A stretch of 33,709 nt of DNA from Granulicella sp. (GTDB lineage: Bacteria > Acidobacteriota > Terriglobia > Terriglobales > Acidobacteriaceae): contig DAHWNL010000069.1 of NCBI GenBank assembly GCA_027339965.1, positions 1-33,709 of the forward strand, read 5' to 3'. Position 1 is the stretch's first letter; every line of letters begins with the position of its first letter. Shown piece after piece: positions 1 to 9,831 of the stretch. The position numbers and the translations under genes are program-made. The notes below the pieces were generated by a model that saw nothing but the letters and a program-made list of their open reading frames with translations, ran no database searches and was not told the origin of the DNA.

Positions 1-623
1 GCGCTCCAGCCGCTGTCGTTGAACCCTGGATTTTGCCACCCAGGAGTGAGCTGCATGCTCGCCTTCCAGGCGGCATCGCTGATCAGCAGCGGCGCAGCGC
101 TCACGCCCAGCGCCGCAGGCACAATCTTCACCGCCATCACCGCTCCACTGGCCACCCGCGGCCCGCGGATGGCTTCAATGGCTACAACGTTCGTCCCCGC
201 CTGCAAAGCCTTGCTGACATCGCACGCATAAACGCGGATGCCCATCGGAAAGGAGGGATCGAGTTGATATTGACCCACCTTGCGGCCGTTCACATAAATC
301 GTTGCCTCGCTCGGACCGGCAACGTACATCTCCGCCCGCTCGGGGACCTGGGAGAGCGTAAAGGCGCGTCGGAAGTAATGCGATCCCACACCCTTGCGCT
401 CCGCTATCGACGAGCTGGCATCGGTCCAGATGTACTGCTCGGGCAGGGGCGTATGGACCGCCGACTCCAGGGTCAAAGCGACCGCGGTGCGCGCCGGATC
501 AAGTTGCTCGATCGGAATCTTGGTTGGCCCGGTGGCGGGGTTTCCCATCTGCGCCTGCACTCTATACGAAAGGCCGGCAAATGCGATCCATAGAACCACT
601 ATCCCTGAACGGAACATCTTCAT
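1..623 (-). CDS. Secreted alpha-L-rhamnosidase-like (GH78) protein, N-terminal part; runs off the left edge
   Basis: Not in the ORF track; hand translation: MKMFRSGIVVLWIAFAGLSYRVQAQ (signal peptide)...HYFRRAFTL...IYVNGRKVG...DVSKALQAGTNVVAIE...SDAAWKAS...GWQNPGFNDSGWS, typical of the rhamnosidase N-terminal beta-sandwich. GAGGAG RBS at 624-629 (start ATG 623 or 617). Adjacent to rhaM. The catalytic domain is not visible. Confidence 0.75.
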   Translation of the reverse strand, partial: MKMFRSGIVVLWIAFAGLSYRVQAQMGNPATGPTKIPIEQLDPARTAVALTLESAVHTPLPEQYIWTDASSSIAERKGVGSHYFRRAFTLSQVPERAEMYVAGPSEATIYVNGRKVGQYQLDPSFPMGIRVYACDVSKALQAGTNVVAIEAIRGPRVASGAVMAVKIVPAALGVSAAPLLISDAAWKASMQLTPGWQNPGFNDSGWS

Positions 624-684
624 CTCCTCACCGCTCCCTGCAACAGACGCTGGCACCCTCGCGCTTCGCCTGATTCAATCTCTT

Positions 685-700
685 TTGAGAGCGCATCCAA
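685..700. promoter_or_regulatory. Candidate LacI-family operator TTGAGAGCGCATCCAA
   Basis: GCGC-centred imperfect palindrome resembling TGNNAGCGCTNNCA, just downstream of the predicted TSS of the sugar-hydrolase gene. Confidence 0.45.
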
Positions 701-708
701 CGATCCGA

Positions 709-738
709 ACCTTACGGAAGACAAATGCTCCCTGTCAA
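709..738 (-). promoter_or_regulatory. Sigma70-type promoter for the rhamnosidase-like gene
   Basis: Minus strand TTGACA (738-733)-N18-TAAGGT (714-709). Confidence 0.6.
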
Positions 739-857
739 TGCGCATAATATTTCCCCAAGCAGCAAACGCCGGCGTCCCCTGCGCCCAGCCCGGAGGCCAC
801 AACCTCTTTCGATGTCGATCCGGATCATCCCCGGGGCAGGCTGGGCGCTCAGCGATG

Positions 858-1202
858 CTACTGCGCGCCCGTCGGCTCCGGATCAAAGTGAAACACCTCA
901 CGCATCTCGCTCCACTTGTCTCCAGGCTCCGCATCCGGCATTCTTTGCTGCATCGGGTCCATGATGCGCCACCAGCGTTGCGTCTCCGGGCAGGCCGCCA
1001 TCTGGCGCATATCCTCCTGGTAGTCCGTCCCGTGGTACTCAAAGTACCCGACCAACAGGCCGTTGCGCAGAAAGATGCTGTAGTTCTTGATGTTGCACCG
1101 GGCGATAGTGGCCAGCACCGTGGGCCAAACCTGCTGGTGGTACCGGATGTACTCGGCTTCATCCTCCGGCCTGAGCCGAATGATCTGTGCGATTCTCCTC
1201 AA
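858..1202 (-). CDS. rhaM: L-rhamnose mutarotase
   Basis: EYIRYHQQVWP...IKNYSIF...QRWWRIM...MREVFHF motifs. TTG start at 1202 has a GAGGAGG RBS upstream; the track start (1508) is over-extended. Confidence 0.9.
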   Translation of the reverse strand: MRRIAQIIRLRPEDEAEYIRYHQQVWPTVLATIARCNIKNYSIFLRNGLLVGYFEYHGTDYQEDMRQMAACPETQRWWRIMDPMQQRMPDAEPGDKWSEMREVFHFDPEPTGAQ

Positions 1203-1371
1203 CGAACATCCTCCTCTTGCAGGATGTTCCGGAGCTGCCCAGCTTCCGCATTCCCTCCTTGCTTGAAGCGCTCCCCTGGTGGATCGTCTCAAGCCGGTTG
1301 GCTGCGGCGCTTTACAGCGACATCCATGCTCCACCAGAATAAAGGAGGTCGCCAACCCGGAGGTGCACCTT

Positions 1372-3558
1372 ATGAAATTGCGGTTGCTCGCCATCTGTCT
1401 CGGATGGGCGGCGCTGTCCCAAGCCGGCCTCGCCCAGGCTGCTCGCCTCTCCGCGCCTCGGCCCTCTGGAAACCCCGCAACCGGCCTGCGCGCTCCCGGC
1501 CTTGCCATCCGCCTTGCGCCCAGTGGGGCTTACACCCTTCGATATGCGCCCATGCACCTTGTTCTAAGCGGGAACCTGCCCGGGCGAACAGACGCGATAC
1601 GCACCGCTTCCGGAGCTGATGCCGTCGGTGCTTATCAGGAGATTGAAGCCACCTATGGGCGCGGCAGTCGGACTGCTGTTGTTCGCCTCTACCCGGCTCG
1701 CAGAGCCGTCCTTTTTCTGGATCGACATCGCGGAGCTGATCCCAACGCCGCCCCCTTCCCCAGCCTCTCCGGAGTGCCGGCCGGCCTGCTTCATTACAGC
1801 TACCGCGTCGTCAGCTTCTCTCCCATCGACTTTGGCAAGCTGGACCCCCAAGGTCCGTGGGTGTTCTTCGATCCGGAGCGGAACACCTTCGTCTTTTCTC
1901 CTGCAGACAACTTCCTGGTCTCCGAGTTGAGTTCAGCGTCCGGTCCATCCGCGCAGCCGATGACCATGACCAGCGGCATCTCCTCCAAGATTGCCTCCCT
2001 CCCCTCCGGCTTCACCCATGGCACCTGGCTGGTCTTTGGTCACGGCATCACGCACACACAAGATGCTTGGGGAGAGATATTGCAAAGAATCAACCACAAG
2101 AGGCCTGTCCCGAACGACGCCGATGTAGTCCTGAAGCGCTTCGGCTACTGGACCGACAATGGCGCAACCTACTACTACAAGTTCATTCCTTCGCTGGGCT
2201 ACGAGGGAACGCTGCTGGCGCTGCGCGACCGCTTCCGGCAGTTGGGCGTGCCGCTGGGCTACATGCAGCTGGATAGCTGGTGGTACCCCAAATACAAGGG
2301 TGCCTCCGGCGGCGGCCGTGGCGCAATGAGCTATCGCGCCGATCCAACCATCTTTCCCGACGGCCTGGCGAGCTTTCACCAACGCCTACAGCTACCTCTG
2401 GCCACCCATGCGCGCTGGATCGCCAAGACCAGTCCTTATCGCCGGCGGTACCAGATGTCGGATAACGTCATCATCGATCCGCGTTTCTGGAGTGCAACAG
2501 CAAGCTATCTGCGCGCCGGCGGAGTAGTCGTCTACGAACAGGACTGGCTGAATCGCAGCGCGCGCCCCGCCATCGACATCACCCAGTCTCAAGCATTTCT
2601 CCAACAGATGGCCAGCAGCATGGCCGCCAAAGACATCGGCATTCAGTACTGCATGGCCCTGCCCGCATACTTCCTGGCCAGCACACAGTTCCAGAACCTG
2701 CGCACCATCCGGGTCAGCGACGACCACTTCCTTCCGGCGCGCTATGACGACTTCCTCTACACCTCGGGGCTGGCCCACGCCGTCGGACTCTGGCCATGGT
2801 CGGATGTCTTCATGAGTTCGGAGCTCTCCAATCTGGTGCTCTCCACCTTGTCCGCCGGTCCGGTGGGAACCGGCGATGCCTTGGACAGCATCGATGCGGC
2901 CAACCTGCGGCGAGCGCTGCGGGCCGACTCTGTGATTCTGAAGCCGGATACGCCGCTGCTTCCCACGGATAGCGTCTATATCGCCGACGCCTCTGCCGAA
3001 GCCACACCCTCTCCCATGATCGCCAGTACTCGAACCAGCTTCGGGTCCGCCACAGAGACCTACGTGGTCTCCTATCCGCGGGCCGGGAAGAATCCAGCAG
3101 CCCAGCCGGGCCAGGACGCCAATGCGCCTGACGCCGCAACCAGCCTTGCCTCGCTGGGCATCCAGGGCGCCGTCTATGCCTGGGACTGGCGGAAACAGCA
3201 GGGAACCCTGATTCCTGCTAACGGCACACTCACCTTCCACTATGCTGACGGTTGGAATTACATGGTTCTTGCTCCACTGAACCGCCGCGGAATCGCTCTG
3301 CTGGGTGACGTGAGCCGGATCGTCCCGCTGGCGCGCAAACGCTTTGTCAGCGTCAACAATACAGACTCCGTCCGCGCAACGGTGGTCTTTGCAAAAGCAG
3401 AAGACTCCATCGTGCTCACCGGCTTTTCCCGACGCCAACCTCACGTGCAGGCGCTGCTCGGCTCCGCCTCCGGACTCAGCTACGACGCCGCCACCCAACG
3501 GTTCTCCTTCAAGCTGTCGCCGGGAAGCCAGGGTCTGGCCAAGGTGCGGATCTTCTGA
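1372..3558 (+). CDS. Secreted putative glycoside hydrolase, GH-D clan-like (GH27/31/36) TIM barrel, family uncertain
   Basis: GGAGG RBS then ATG 1372; signal peptide MKLRLLAICLGWAALSQA; motifs GYWTDNGATYYY, YMQLDSWW, FPDGL, YEQDW, RVSDD, LSAGPVGTGD. Confidence 0.65.
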   Translation: MKLRLLAICLGWAALSQAGLAQAARLSAPRPSGNPATGLRAPGLAIRLAPSGAYTLRYAPMHLVLSGNLPGRTDAIRTASGADAVGAYQEIEATYGRGSRTAVVRLYPARRAVLFLDRHRGADPNAAPFPSLSGVPAGLLHYSYRVVSFSPIDFGKLDPQGPWVFFDPERNTFVFSPADNFLVSELSSASGPSAQPMTMTSGISSKIASLPSGFTHGTWLVFGHGITHTQDAWGEILQRINHKRPVPNDADVVLKRFGYWTDNGATYYYKFIPSLGYEGTLLALRDRFRQLGVPLGYMQLDSWWYPKYKGASGGGRGAMSYRADPTIFPDGLASFHQRLQLPLATHARWIAKTSPYRRRYQMSDNVIIDPRFWSATASYLRAGGVVVYEQDWLNRSARPAIDITQSQAFLQQMASSMAAKDIGIQYCMALPAYFLASTQFQNLRTIRVSDDHFLPARYDDFLYTSGLAHAVGLWPWSDVFMSSELSNLVLSTLSAGPVGTGDALDSIDAANLRRALRADSVILKPDTPLLPTDSVYIADASAEATPSPMIASTRTSFGSATETYVVSYPRAGKNPAAQPGQDANAPDAATSLASLGIQGAVYAWDWRKQQGTLIPANGTLTFHYADGWNYMVLAPLNRRGIALLGDVSRIVPLARKRFVSVNNTDSVRATVVFAKAEDSIVLTGFSRRQPHVQALLGSASGLSYDAATQRFSFKLSPGSQGLAKVRIF

Positions 3559-3638
3559 GGCGTGGCCCTCCAGGGCGGAGCCAGAAGCCGCCGGTTCTGG
3601 GATCGCACCGCTTCCGCCGCCAAGTTTCTCTGCAGGTC

Positions 3639-4508
3639 TCAGGGCTCAAAGACGACGGTCTTCGAGCCATTCAGCATGATGCGGTCGTCCAGGTACGCTC
3701 TCACCGCCCTGGCCAGAACCCGGCGCTCGATATCCCGGCCCTTCTGGATCAGGTCTTCCACGGTGTCACGGTGGGAGATTCGCTCCACATCCTGCTCAAT
3801 GATGGGCCCCTCATCCAGCGTTCCGGTCACGAAGTGTGACGTAGCGCCGATCAGCTTGACCCCGCGGTGATGCGCCTGGTGGTAGGGGCGAGCGCCCTTG
3901 AATCCGGGCAGAAAGCTGTGATGAATGTTGATGCACCGGCCCTCCAGCCGCGCGGCCAGATCGTCAGACAGCACCTGCATGTAGCGTGCCAGCACAACCA
4001 GCTCCGAGCCGGTGGACTGGATGAGGTCCCAAAGCAGAGCCTCCTGCTCCGCGCGGGCGCTGCTGGTCAGCGGTAGGTGGTGGAACGAAACTCCATCCAG
4101 ATCGAGTGCCGGCAGCGCCTCGCGCGGGTGGTTGGACACCACTGCGGTCACCTCCATCTTCAACTCTCCCAGCCGCCGCCGATAGAGCAGATCCGTCAGG
4201 CAATGATCCTGCCTGGAGACCAGAATCAACACGCGCTTGCGCTCTTCACAGCTCCTCAGCGTCCACTCCATGCCGCGACGATCCGCGATGGGCTGAAAGT
4301 TCACCCGCAGCCTCTCGGCGTCCACCCCACTGCGGCCCTCGATCGGCTCAAAACGGATGCGCATGAAAAATCGGCCAGCATCCACATCGTTGTACTGCTG
4401 CGCCTCCAGGATGTTGCAGCCGGCCCCAAACAAGTAGGTGGAGACCTCGGCAACCAGGCCCGGAACATCGGCACAACATAGCTTGAGCACAAACCCTCGA
4501 TCGGTCAT
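3639..4508 (-). CDS. purU: Formyltetrahydrofolate deformylase
   Basis: N-terminal ACT domain; [63 protein letters not shown]. Confidence 0.97.
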   Translation of the reverse strand: MTDRGFVLKLCCADVPGLVAEVSTYLFGAGCNILEAQQYNDVDAGRFFMRIRFEPIEGRSGVDAERLRVNFQPIADRRGMEWTLRSCEERKRVLILVSRQDHCLTDLLYRRRLGELKMEVTAVVSNHPREALPALDLDGVSFHHLPLTSSARAEQEALLWDLIQSTGSELVVLARYMQVLSDDLAARLEGRCINIHHSFLPGFKGARPYHQAHHRGVKLIGATSHFVTGTLDEGPIIEQDVERISHRDTVEDLIQKGRDIERRVLARAVRAYLDDRIMLNGSKTVVFEP

Positions 4509-4600
4509 CGAACTCCTTGCCTGTCTGTTCCCTGTCTTCCAACTTTACCCTGGGAAATCTTCTTCCCGGCTTAATGAGATGATTTCCAAGAGGAGCCGAG

Positions 4601-5290
4601 GTGGACGAGATTCTTGAACAGCTCAAAGCCGGAGTGAGGCGCTTCCAGGCCGAAGTCTACCCACGCCAGGCAGCGGTCTACGAGCAGGCCGCGGTTGAGA
4701 AGCAGTCGCCGCACACCCTCTTTATCGCCTGCGCGGACTCACGCATCGATCCGGTAGCCATCACCAACTCCTCCACCGGCCAAATCTTTGTGGCCCGCAA
4801 CATCGGCAACCTGGTTCCCGCCTACGGAGAGATGCTGGGCGGCGTAAGCGCGGTGATTGAATTTGCTGTCGGCTCTCTGGGTGTTCAACATATTGTCATC
4901 TGCGGCCATCTGCACTGTGGCGCCATGCAGGCGCTGCTGGAGCCGCAGTCCATCGAAAAGATGCCAACGGTGCAACGCTGGATGCACAACGCCCACGCCG
5001 CTCTCTCGGTGGCGGAGATCGTACACCAGCGCGCCGTGCAGAACGGTGTTGACTCCAACCTGATGGAGGTCCTCACCGAACAGAATGTTCTGCTCCAAAT
5101 GCGGCACCTCAAGACCCATCCTTCCGTGGCTGGAGCCATGGCCCAGGGCCGGCTCAGCATCTCCGGCTGGATCTACAACATCGGCACCGGAGAGGTGCGC
5201 ATTGCCAGCGATGGGCAGTCCGGCTTTGAGCCGATTGCCAGTCCAGCTTCAAGCCCAGCCTCCAGCCATGCTGTTGCCGGCCGGCATTGA
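4601..5290 (+). CDS. can: Beta-class carbonic anhydrase
   Basis: Zinc motifs CADSR and HLHCGAM, RNIGN; AGGAG RBS before GTG. Confidence 0.95.
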   Translation: MDEILEQLKAGVRRFQAEVYPRQAAVYEQAAVEKQSPHTLFIACADSRIDPVAITNSSTGQIFVARNIGNLVPAYGEMLGGVSAVIEFAVGSLGVQHIVICGHLHCGAMQALLEPQSIEKMPTVQRWMHNAHAALSVAEIVHQRAVQNGVDSNLMEVLTEQNVLLQMRHLKTHPSVAGAMAQGRLSISGWIYNIGTGEVRIASDGQSGFEPIASPASSPASSHAVAGRH

Positions 5291-5315
5291 CTTCCACGCC
5301 CGTTGCCGCTAGCCT
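5287..5315 (+). promoter_or_regulatory. his operon promoter
   Basis: TTGACT (5287-5292)-N17-TAGCCT (5310-5315); the -35 overlaps the carbonic anhydrase stop codon. Confidence 0.7.
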
Positions 5316-5322
5316 GTTGAAA

Positions 5323-5406
5323 GTGAGCCTTCCGCTACATCATCACGGACACCACCATCCCCACGCCCATGGCGTGTGGGCGGCTGTTCTGGGTGTGGCG
5401 AAGTAA
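5323..5406 (+). CDS. hisL: His operon leader peptide (27 aa, MSLPLHHHGHHHPHAHGVWAAVLGVAK)
   Basis: GTG AGC CTT CCG CTA CAT CAT CAC GGA CAC CAC CAT CCC CAC GCC CAT...AAG TAA: 8 His in 11 consecutive codons, directly upstream of a terminator hairpin and hisI. An in-frame TTG at 5317 is an alternative start. Confidence 0.88.
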   Translation: MSLPLHHHGHHHPHAHGVWAAVLGVAK

Positions 5407-5436
5407 CGTAGCAATCTCGCCCCTTCAGGATCTTCA

Positions 5437-5479
5437 AAAGCCCGCCGACGCGCCTGCCGCGAGCGGGCTTTGTGCTGTT
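5437..5479 (+). terminator. Attenuator terminator hairpin of the his leader
   Basis: AAAGCCCGC (5437-5445) / GCGGGCTTT (5463-5471), inner CGCG/CGCG pair, followed by an imperfect U tail (TTTGTGCTGTT). Confidence 0.7.
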
Positions 5480-5527
5480 CGCCCGCATCGCGCTCGGTAA
5501 CACCCCAACCCGGCTCAAAAGGAAATC

Positions 5528-5893
5528 ATGACCGAAACTACAGAACCCATCCGCATCGACTTCGCCAAAGATGGCGGCCTAGTGGCAGGCATCGTGCAGG
5601 ACGCCCGTACCGGCCAGGTGCTCATGCTCGGCTTCCTCAATGAAGAGAGCTATCGCAGGACCATCGAAACCGGCTTCGTCACTTTCTGGTCCCGCACCCG
5701 CTCCAAGCTCTGGATGAAGGGAGAGACCAGCGGCAACCGGCTTCGCGTCCTCGCCGCATCCACTGACTGCGATAACGACGCTCTGCTGTTCCAGGTCGAG
5801 GTGGAAGGCGATGGCCTGGTCTGCCACGAGGGAACGGTGAGCTGCTTCACCAAGCCGCTCCGCTTCACAACCGCCGGGAAAGGGAACCAATAA
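5528..5893 (+). CDS. hisI: Phosphoribosyl-AMP cyclohydrolase (monofunctional)
   Basis: WSRTR..LWMKGETSGN, DCDNDALL, CHEG..SCF; no HisE domain. Confidence 0.96.
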   Translation: MTETTEPIRIDFAKDGGLVAGIVQDARTGQVLMLGFLNEESYRRTIETGFVTFWSRTRSKLWMKGETSGNRLRVLAASTDCDNDALLFQVEVEGDGLVCHEGTVSCFTKPLRFTTAGKGNQ

Positions 5894-5896
5894 GCA

Positions 5897-6778
5897 ATGG
5901 CACAGAACAACAAACTCAAACTGGGAGTTCCAAAGGGCAGCCTGCAGGACGCAACCATCGCCCTGTTCGAGCGCGCCGGTTGGCGCATCTACGCCAGCGG
6001 CCGCAGCTACTTTCCGTCTGTCGACGATCCGGAGATCGAGTGCATGCTGGTACGCGCCCAGGAGATGGCGCGCTACGTCGAGCACGGCGCCCTGGATGCC
6101 GGCCTTACCGGCAACGACTGGATCCTGGAAAATCAGTCCCAGGTGCAGCGCGTCTCCTCGTTGACCTACTCCAAGCAGTCCCGGGTTCCGGTGCGCTGGG
6201 TCCTGGCCGTCCCCGACGACTCACCGTTCTACAAGCCGGAAGATCTCGCCGGGAAGACCATCGCTACCGAGCTGGTGGAGTATACCAAGCGCTACTTCGC
6301 CGCCAGAAAGATTCCTGTCCAGGTGGAGTTCAGTTGGGGCGCCACCGAGGTCAAGCCCCCCGCCCTGGCCGACGCCATTGTGGAGGTCACCGAGACCGGC
6401 AGCTCTCTGCGCGCCAATCGCCTCCGCATCGTCGAGACGCTCATGGAGTCGGAGACGCAGCTCATCGCCAATCAGGATTCCTGGAAGGACTCCTGGAAGC
6501 GCTCCAAGATCGAAACTCTCTCGCTGATGCTCAACGGAGCCATGGATGCGCAAAATCAGGTGGGCTTGATGCTGAACGTACGCAAGATCCATCTGGACGC
6601 CGTCCTTGGCGTCCTGCCTGCCCTCAACTCGCCTACCATCTCGCATCTTCGCGATGAGGAATGGGTCGCTCTGAACACCATCCTGGAGAGCCATCGGGTA
6701 CGCGACGTGATCCCCAGGCTCAAGGCGGCAGGTGGAACCGGAATCGTGGAGTACGCGCTCAGCAAGGTGGTCTTGTAG
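5897..6778 (+). CDS. hisG: ATP phosphoribosyltransferase, long form
   Basis: [35 protein letters not shown]-terminal regulatory domain (SPTIS..LKAAGG). Confidence 0.97.
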   Translation: MAQNNKLKLGVPKGSLQDATIALFERAGWRIYASGRSYFPSVDDPEIECMLVRAQEMARYVEHGALDAGLTGNDWILENQSQVQRVSSLTYSKQSRVPVRWVLAVPDDSPFYKPEDLAGKTIATELVEYTKRYFAARKIPVQVEFSWGATEVKPPALADAIVEVTETGSSLRANRLRIVETLMESETQLIANQDSWKDSWKRSKIETLSLMLNGAMDAQNQVGLMLNVRKIHLDAVLGVLPALNSPTISHLRDEEWVALNTILESHRVRDVIPRLKAAGGTGIVEYALSKVVL

Positions 6779-6827
6779 CCAGGCGAACCGGCCCGCATCG
6801 TCCCGGAAAGCAGGTTCAGAAAACATC

Positions 6828-8087
6828 ATGAAGATCTTGAAGACGTTCGGCGATGGTGCAGCGGCTGCGGAGGCTGTGCTGCAGCAGTTGGAGCGGCGAG
6901 GCGCCGTCAATACGGCCCGGGTGGACCCGGCCGTATGCGACATTGTGGCCAAGGTGCGCGGCATGGGAGACTCCGCGCTGCGCGCCTTGGCCGTCGAGTT
7001 CGATGGCCTGGGCGCGGACCAGCCATTGCGGGTGAGCCGCGAGCAGATGCAAGAGGCCTGGGAGACGACCAGCGAGGAGCTGCGCGCCGCCATGCGCCTG
7101 GCCCAGGCCAACATTCGCGCCTTTGCGGAGAAGCAGCTCCCCCACGGCTGGAGCCTTCGCCCCAGCCAAGGCATGGAGGTTGGCCAGATCGTTCGTCCCC
7201 TGCAATCGGTCGGTTGCTACGTTCCCGGCGGCCGCTATCCCCTGCCCTCCACCCTACTGATGACGGCCACGCCGGCTCAGGTCGCCGGGGTCGAACGCAT
7301 CGTCGTCTGCTCTCCCAAACCTGCACGAGAGACCATGGCCGCAGCCTATCTGGCCGGCGTCACCGAGTTTTACCGCATCGGCGGGGCCCAGGCCATCGCC
7401 GCGCTCGCCTACGGCACAGAAACTGTCGCGCCGGTGGACAAGATCGTCGGCCCCGGCAATCTCTACGTCACCGCGGCCAAGCTGGCGGTCTCGCACCACA
7501 CCGGCATCGACATGCCCGCCGGGCCCACCGAGATTGTGGTCACCAGCGAAGCCGGCGACGCCACCGGGATCGCCGCCGATCTGGTCGCGCAGGCCGAGCA
7601 CGACCCCGAGGCGCTGGCCATCCTGATCACCAGCCAGACGGAGCTGGTCGAGGAGGTGGTGCTGGAGGTGAAGCGCCAGTCGCAGGACAATCCCCTGGCC
7701 CTTCAGTCCCTGGCGCAGCAGGGCTTTGCGTTCCTCACCAGAACTCCCGAAGCGGCCCATGCGCTCACCAACCGGCTGGCTCCGGAGCATCTCACTGTCG
7801 ATACCGGAGCTGATCTTCGCTGGGTGAAGAACGCCGGCTCCGTCTTCATCGGTCAGCACACTCCGCAGTCCATGGGCGACTACGTCAGCGGACCCAATCA
7901 CGTGCTGCCCACCGGACGCAACGGCCGCATCCGCGGCGGCCTGAGCGTCCTGGACTTCGTCAAGATCATCACCGTCCAGCACTATACCCTGGAAGCGCTG
8001 CGGGAGATCGGCCCCCACACGATCGCGCTCGCTGAGGCCGAAGGACTCAAGGGGCACGCCGAGAGCGTGCGGGTGAGGATGAGATGA
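6828..8087 (+). CDS. hisD: Histidinol dehydrogenase
   Basis: GCYVPGG, GGAQAIAALAYGT, KIVGPGNLYV, DMPAGPTE, AQAEHD, APEHL, GDYVSGPNHVLPT; start moved to ATG 6828. Confidence 0.97.
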   Translation: MKILKTFGDGAAAAEAVLQQLERRGAVNTARVDPAVCDIVAKVRGMGDSALRALAVEFDGLGADQPLRVSREQMQEAWETTSEELRAAMRLAQANIRAFAEKQLPHGWSLRPSQGMEVGQIVRPLQSVGCYVPGGRYPLPSTLLMTATPAQVAGVERIVVCSPKPARETMAAAYLAGVTEFYRIGGAQAIAALAYGTETVAPVDKIVGPGNLYVTAAKLAVSHHTGIDMPAGPTEIVVTSEAGDATGIAADLVAQAEHDPEALAILITSQTELVEEVVLEVKRQSQDNPLALQSLAQQGFAFLTRTPEAAHALTNRLAPEHLTVDTGADLRWVKNAGSVFIGQHTPQSMGDYVSGPNHVLPTGRNGRIRGGLSVLDFVKIITVQHYTLEALREIGPHTIALAEAEGLKGHAESVRVRMR

Positions 8088-9196
8088 GCGCCACCGGTCA
8101 ACAGCCCAAAGCTCCGCAGCCACGTCCTGCCGTGCTGGCCATGCCGGAGTACCACCCGCCACTGGCAGGCCGCAACGCCCTGCGTCTGGACTTCAATGAG
8201 AACACCTTCAGCCCCAGCCCCGCCGTGCTGCGCCGTCTGCGCCAGATCACCGCGGAGGAGCTGACCATCTACCCGGAGCGCGAGCCGGTGGAGCGCGTCG
8301 TCGCAGAGCACCTTGGCCTCCAGCCCGATCAACTCATCCTCACCAACGGAGTCGATGAGGCGATTCATCTGGTCTCCTGCGCCTTTCTGGATGAAGGCGA
8401 TGAGGCCGTCATCTGCACCCCCACCTTCTTCATGTATGACGTCTCCATCAGCCTGATGACCTCAGCGCTGCGGCGCGTCCAGGCTGATGACACGCTCCGC
8501 TTCCCCTTCGAGCGCTTTCTCGCCTCCATCACTCCCAGAACGCGGCTGATCATCCTCGCCTCACCCAACAACCCCACCGGTGCCACCATCCGCCGCGAAC
8601 ATCTGCTAGCCATCGCGTCTGCCGCTCCGCAGGCCTTGCTCCTGGTAGATGAAGCCTACTTCCACTTCCACGGTGAGACCACCCTCTGCGACCTCGCCAC
8701 CACACCCAATTTGCTGGTCGCACGCACCTTCTCGAAGGCCTACGGGCTGGCCAACCTGCGTATCGGCATGCTGGCCGGCAACCAGGCGCTGATCCGCTAC
8801 CTGCGCAAAGTAAGCTCGCCCTACAACGTGAACGGCGTCGCGCTGGCTGTTCTTCCCGAGGCCGTCGCCGATGATGCCTACACCGCCTGGTACGCCGAAC
8901 AGATCCGCGTGGGGCGGGAACGCACCTTTGCCGCCCTGCGGGAGCTGCACGTAAGAACCTGGCCCAGCGCGGCCAACTTTGTCCTGATGGACATCGGCCC
9001 CCGCCACCAGCAGCTCTGCACCCTGATGCGACGGCGCGGCGTACTGCTCCGCGACCGCTCCTCTGATCCGGGCTGCGAGGGCTATGTCCGCATCACCGTT
9101 GGCGTGGAAGAGCATGTCACCCGCGGCATCGCGGCTCTGCGCGAGTCACTCGCCGAGATGAATTGGAATCCAGAGGAAGGTAAAGGAAGAGCATGA
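8084..9196 (+). CDS. hisC: Histidinol-phosphate aminotransferase
   Basis: [33 protein letters not shown] (PLP lysine); ATGA overlap with hisD. Confidence 0.96.
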   Translation: MSATGQQPKAPQPRPAVLAMPEYHPPLAGRNALRLDFNENTFSPSPAVLRRLRQITAEELTIYPEREPVERVVAEHLGLQPDQLILTNGVDEAIHLVSCAFLDEGDEAVICTPTFFMYDVSISLMTSALRRVQADDTLRFPFERFLASITPRTRLIILASPNNPTGATIRREHLLAIASAAPQALLLVDEAYFHFHGETTLCDLATTPNLLVARTFSKAYGLANLRIGMLAGNQALIRYLRKVSSPYNVNGVALAVLPEAVADDAYTAWYAEQIRVGRERTFAALRELHVRTWPSAANFVLMDIGPRHQQLCTLMRRRGVLLRDRSSDPGCEGYVRITVGVEEHVTRGIAALRESLAEMNWNPEEGKGRA

Positions 9197-9831
9197 GCGA
9201 TCCACGGCAAGAAACCGGCGCGTCTCCGCTGCCCGCCGATCCCCAGCGTACGGCAACCCTCGAGCGCAACACCACCGAGACAAAAATCTCCCTCCAATTG
9301 AACATCGACGGCCAGGGAATCTATCAGGTCTCCACCGGCATCGGCTTCTTTGACCATATGTTGGAGATCTTCACCCGCCACGGCGGCTTTGACCTGCAAC
9401 TGAAGTGCGTGGGCGACCTGGACGTGGATCAACACCACAGCGTGGAAGACGTCGGCATCGCTCTAGGCGAAGCCTTCGCCGAGGCGCTGGGGGACAAAAA
9501 GGGCATCCTGCGCGCAGGCTACTTTGTGATGGCCATGGATGAGACCCTGGCTGTGGCGGCTGTCGATCTCTCCGGCCGGGTCGCCTATGTGGTGGATGAC
9601 CAGGTGAACGTTCCCATCGTGGGCGACCTGCAGACCGAGCTGGTCACGGACTTCTTCGACGGCTTCGCCCGCGGAGCCAAAGCCAATGTCCACGTCAAGA
9701 CGATGTATGGCCGCTCCAACCATCACAAGATTGAGGCCATCTTCAAAGCCTTTGCCCGGGCTCTGCGCGGAGCCTGCTCGCGCGATGAGCGCATGCGCGA
9801 ACTGCTGCCCAGCACCAAGGGACTGCTATGA
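9193..9831 (+). CDS. hisB: Imidazoleglycerol-phosphate dehydratase (monofunctional)
   Basis: [38 protein letters not shown]. Confidence 0.97.
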   Translation: MSDPRQETGASPLPADPQRTATLERNTTETKISLQLNIDGQGIYQVSTGIGFFDHMLEIFTRHGGFDLQLKCVGDLDVDQHHSVEDVGIALGEAFAEALGDKKGILRAGYFVMAMDETLAVAAVDLSGRVAYVVDDQVNVPIVGDLQTELVTDFFDGFARGAKANVHVKTMYGRSNHHKIEAIFKAFARALRGACSRDERMRELLPSTKGLL

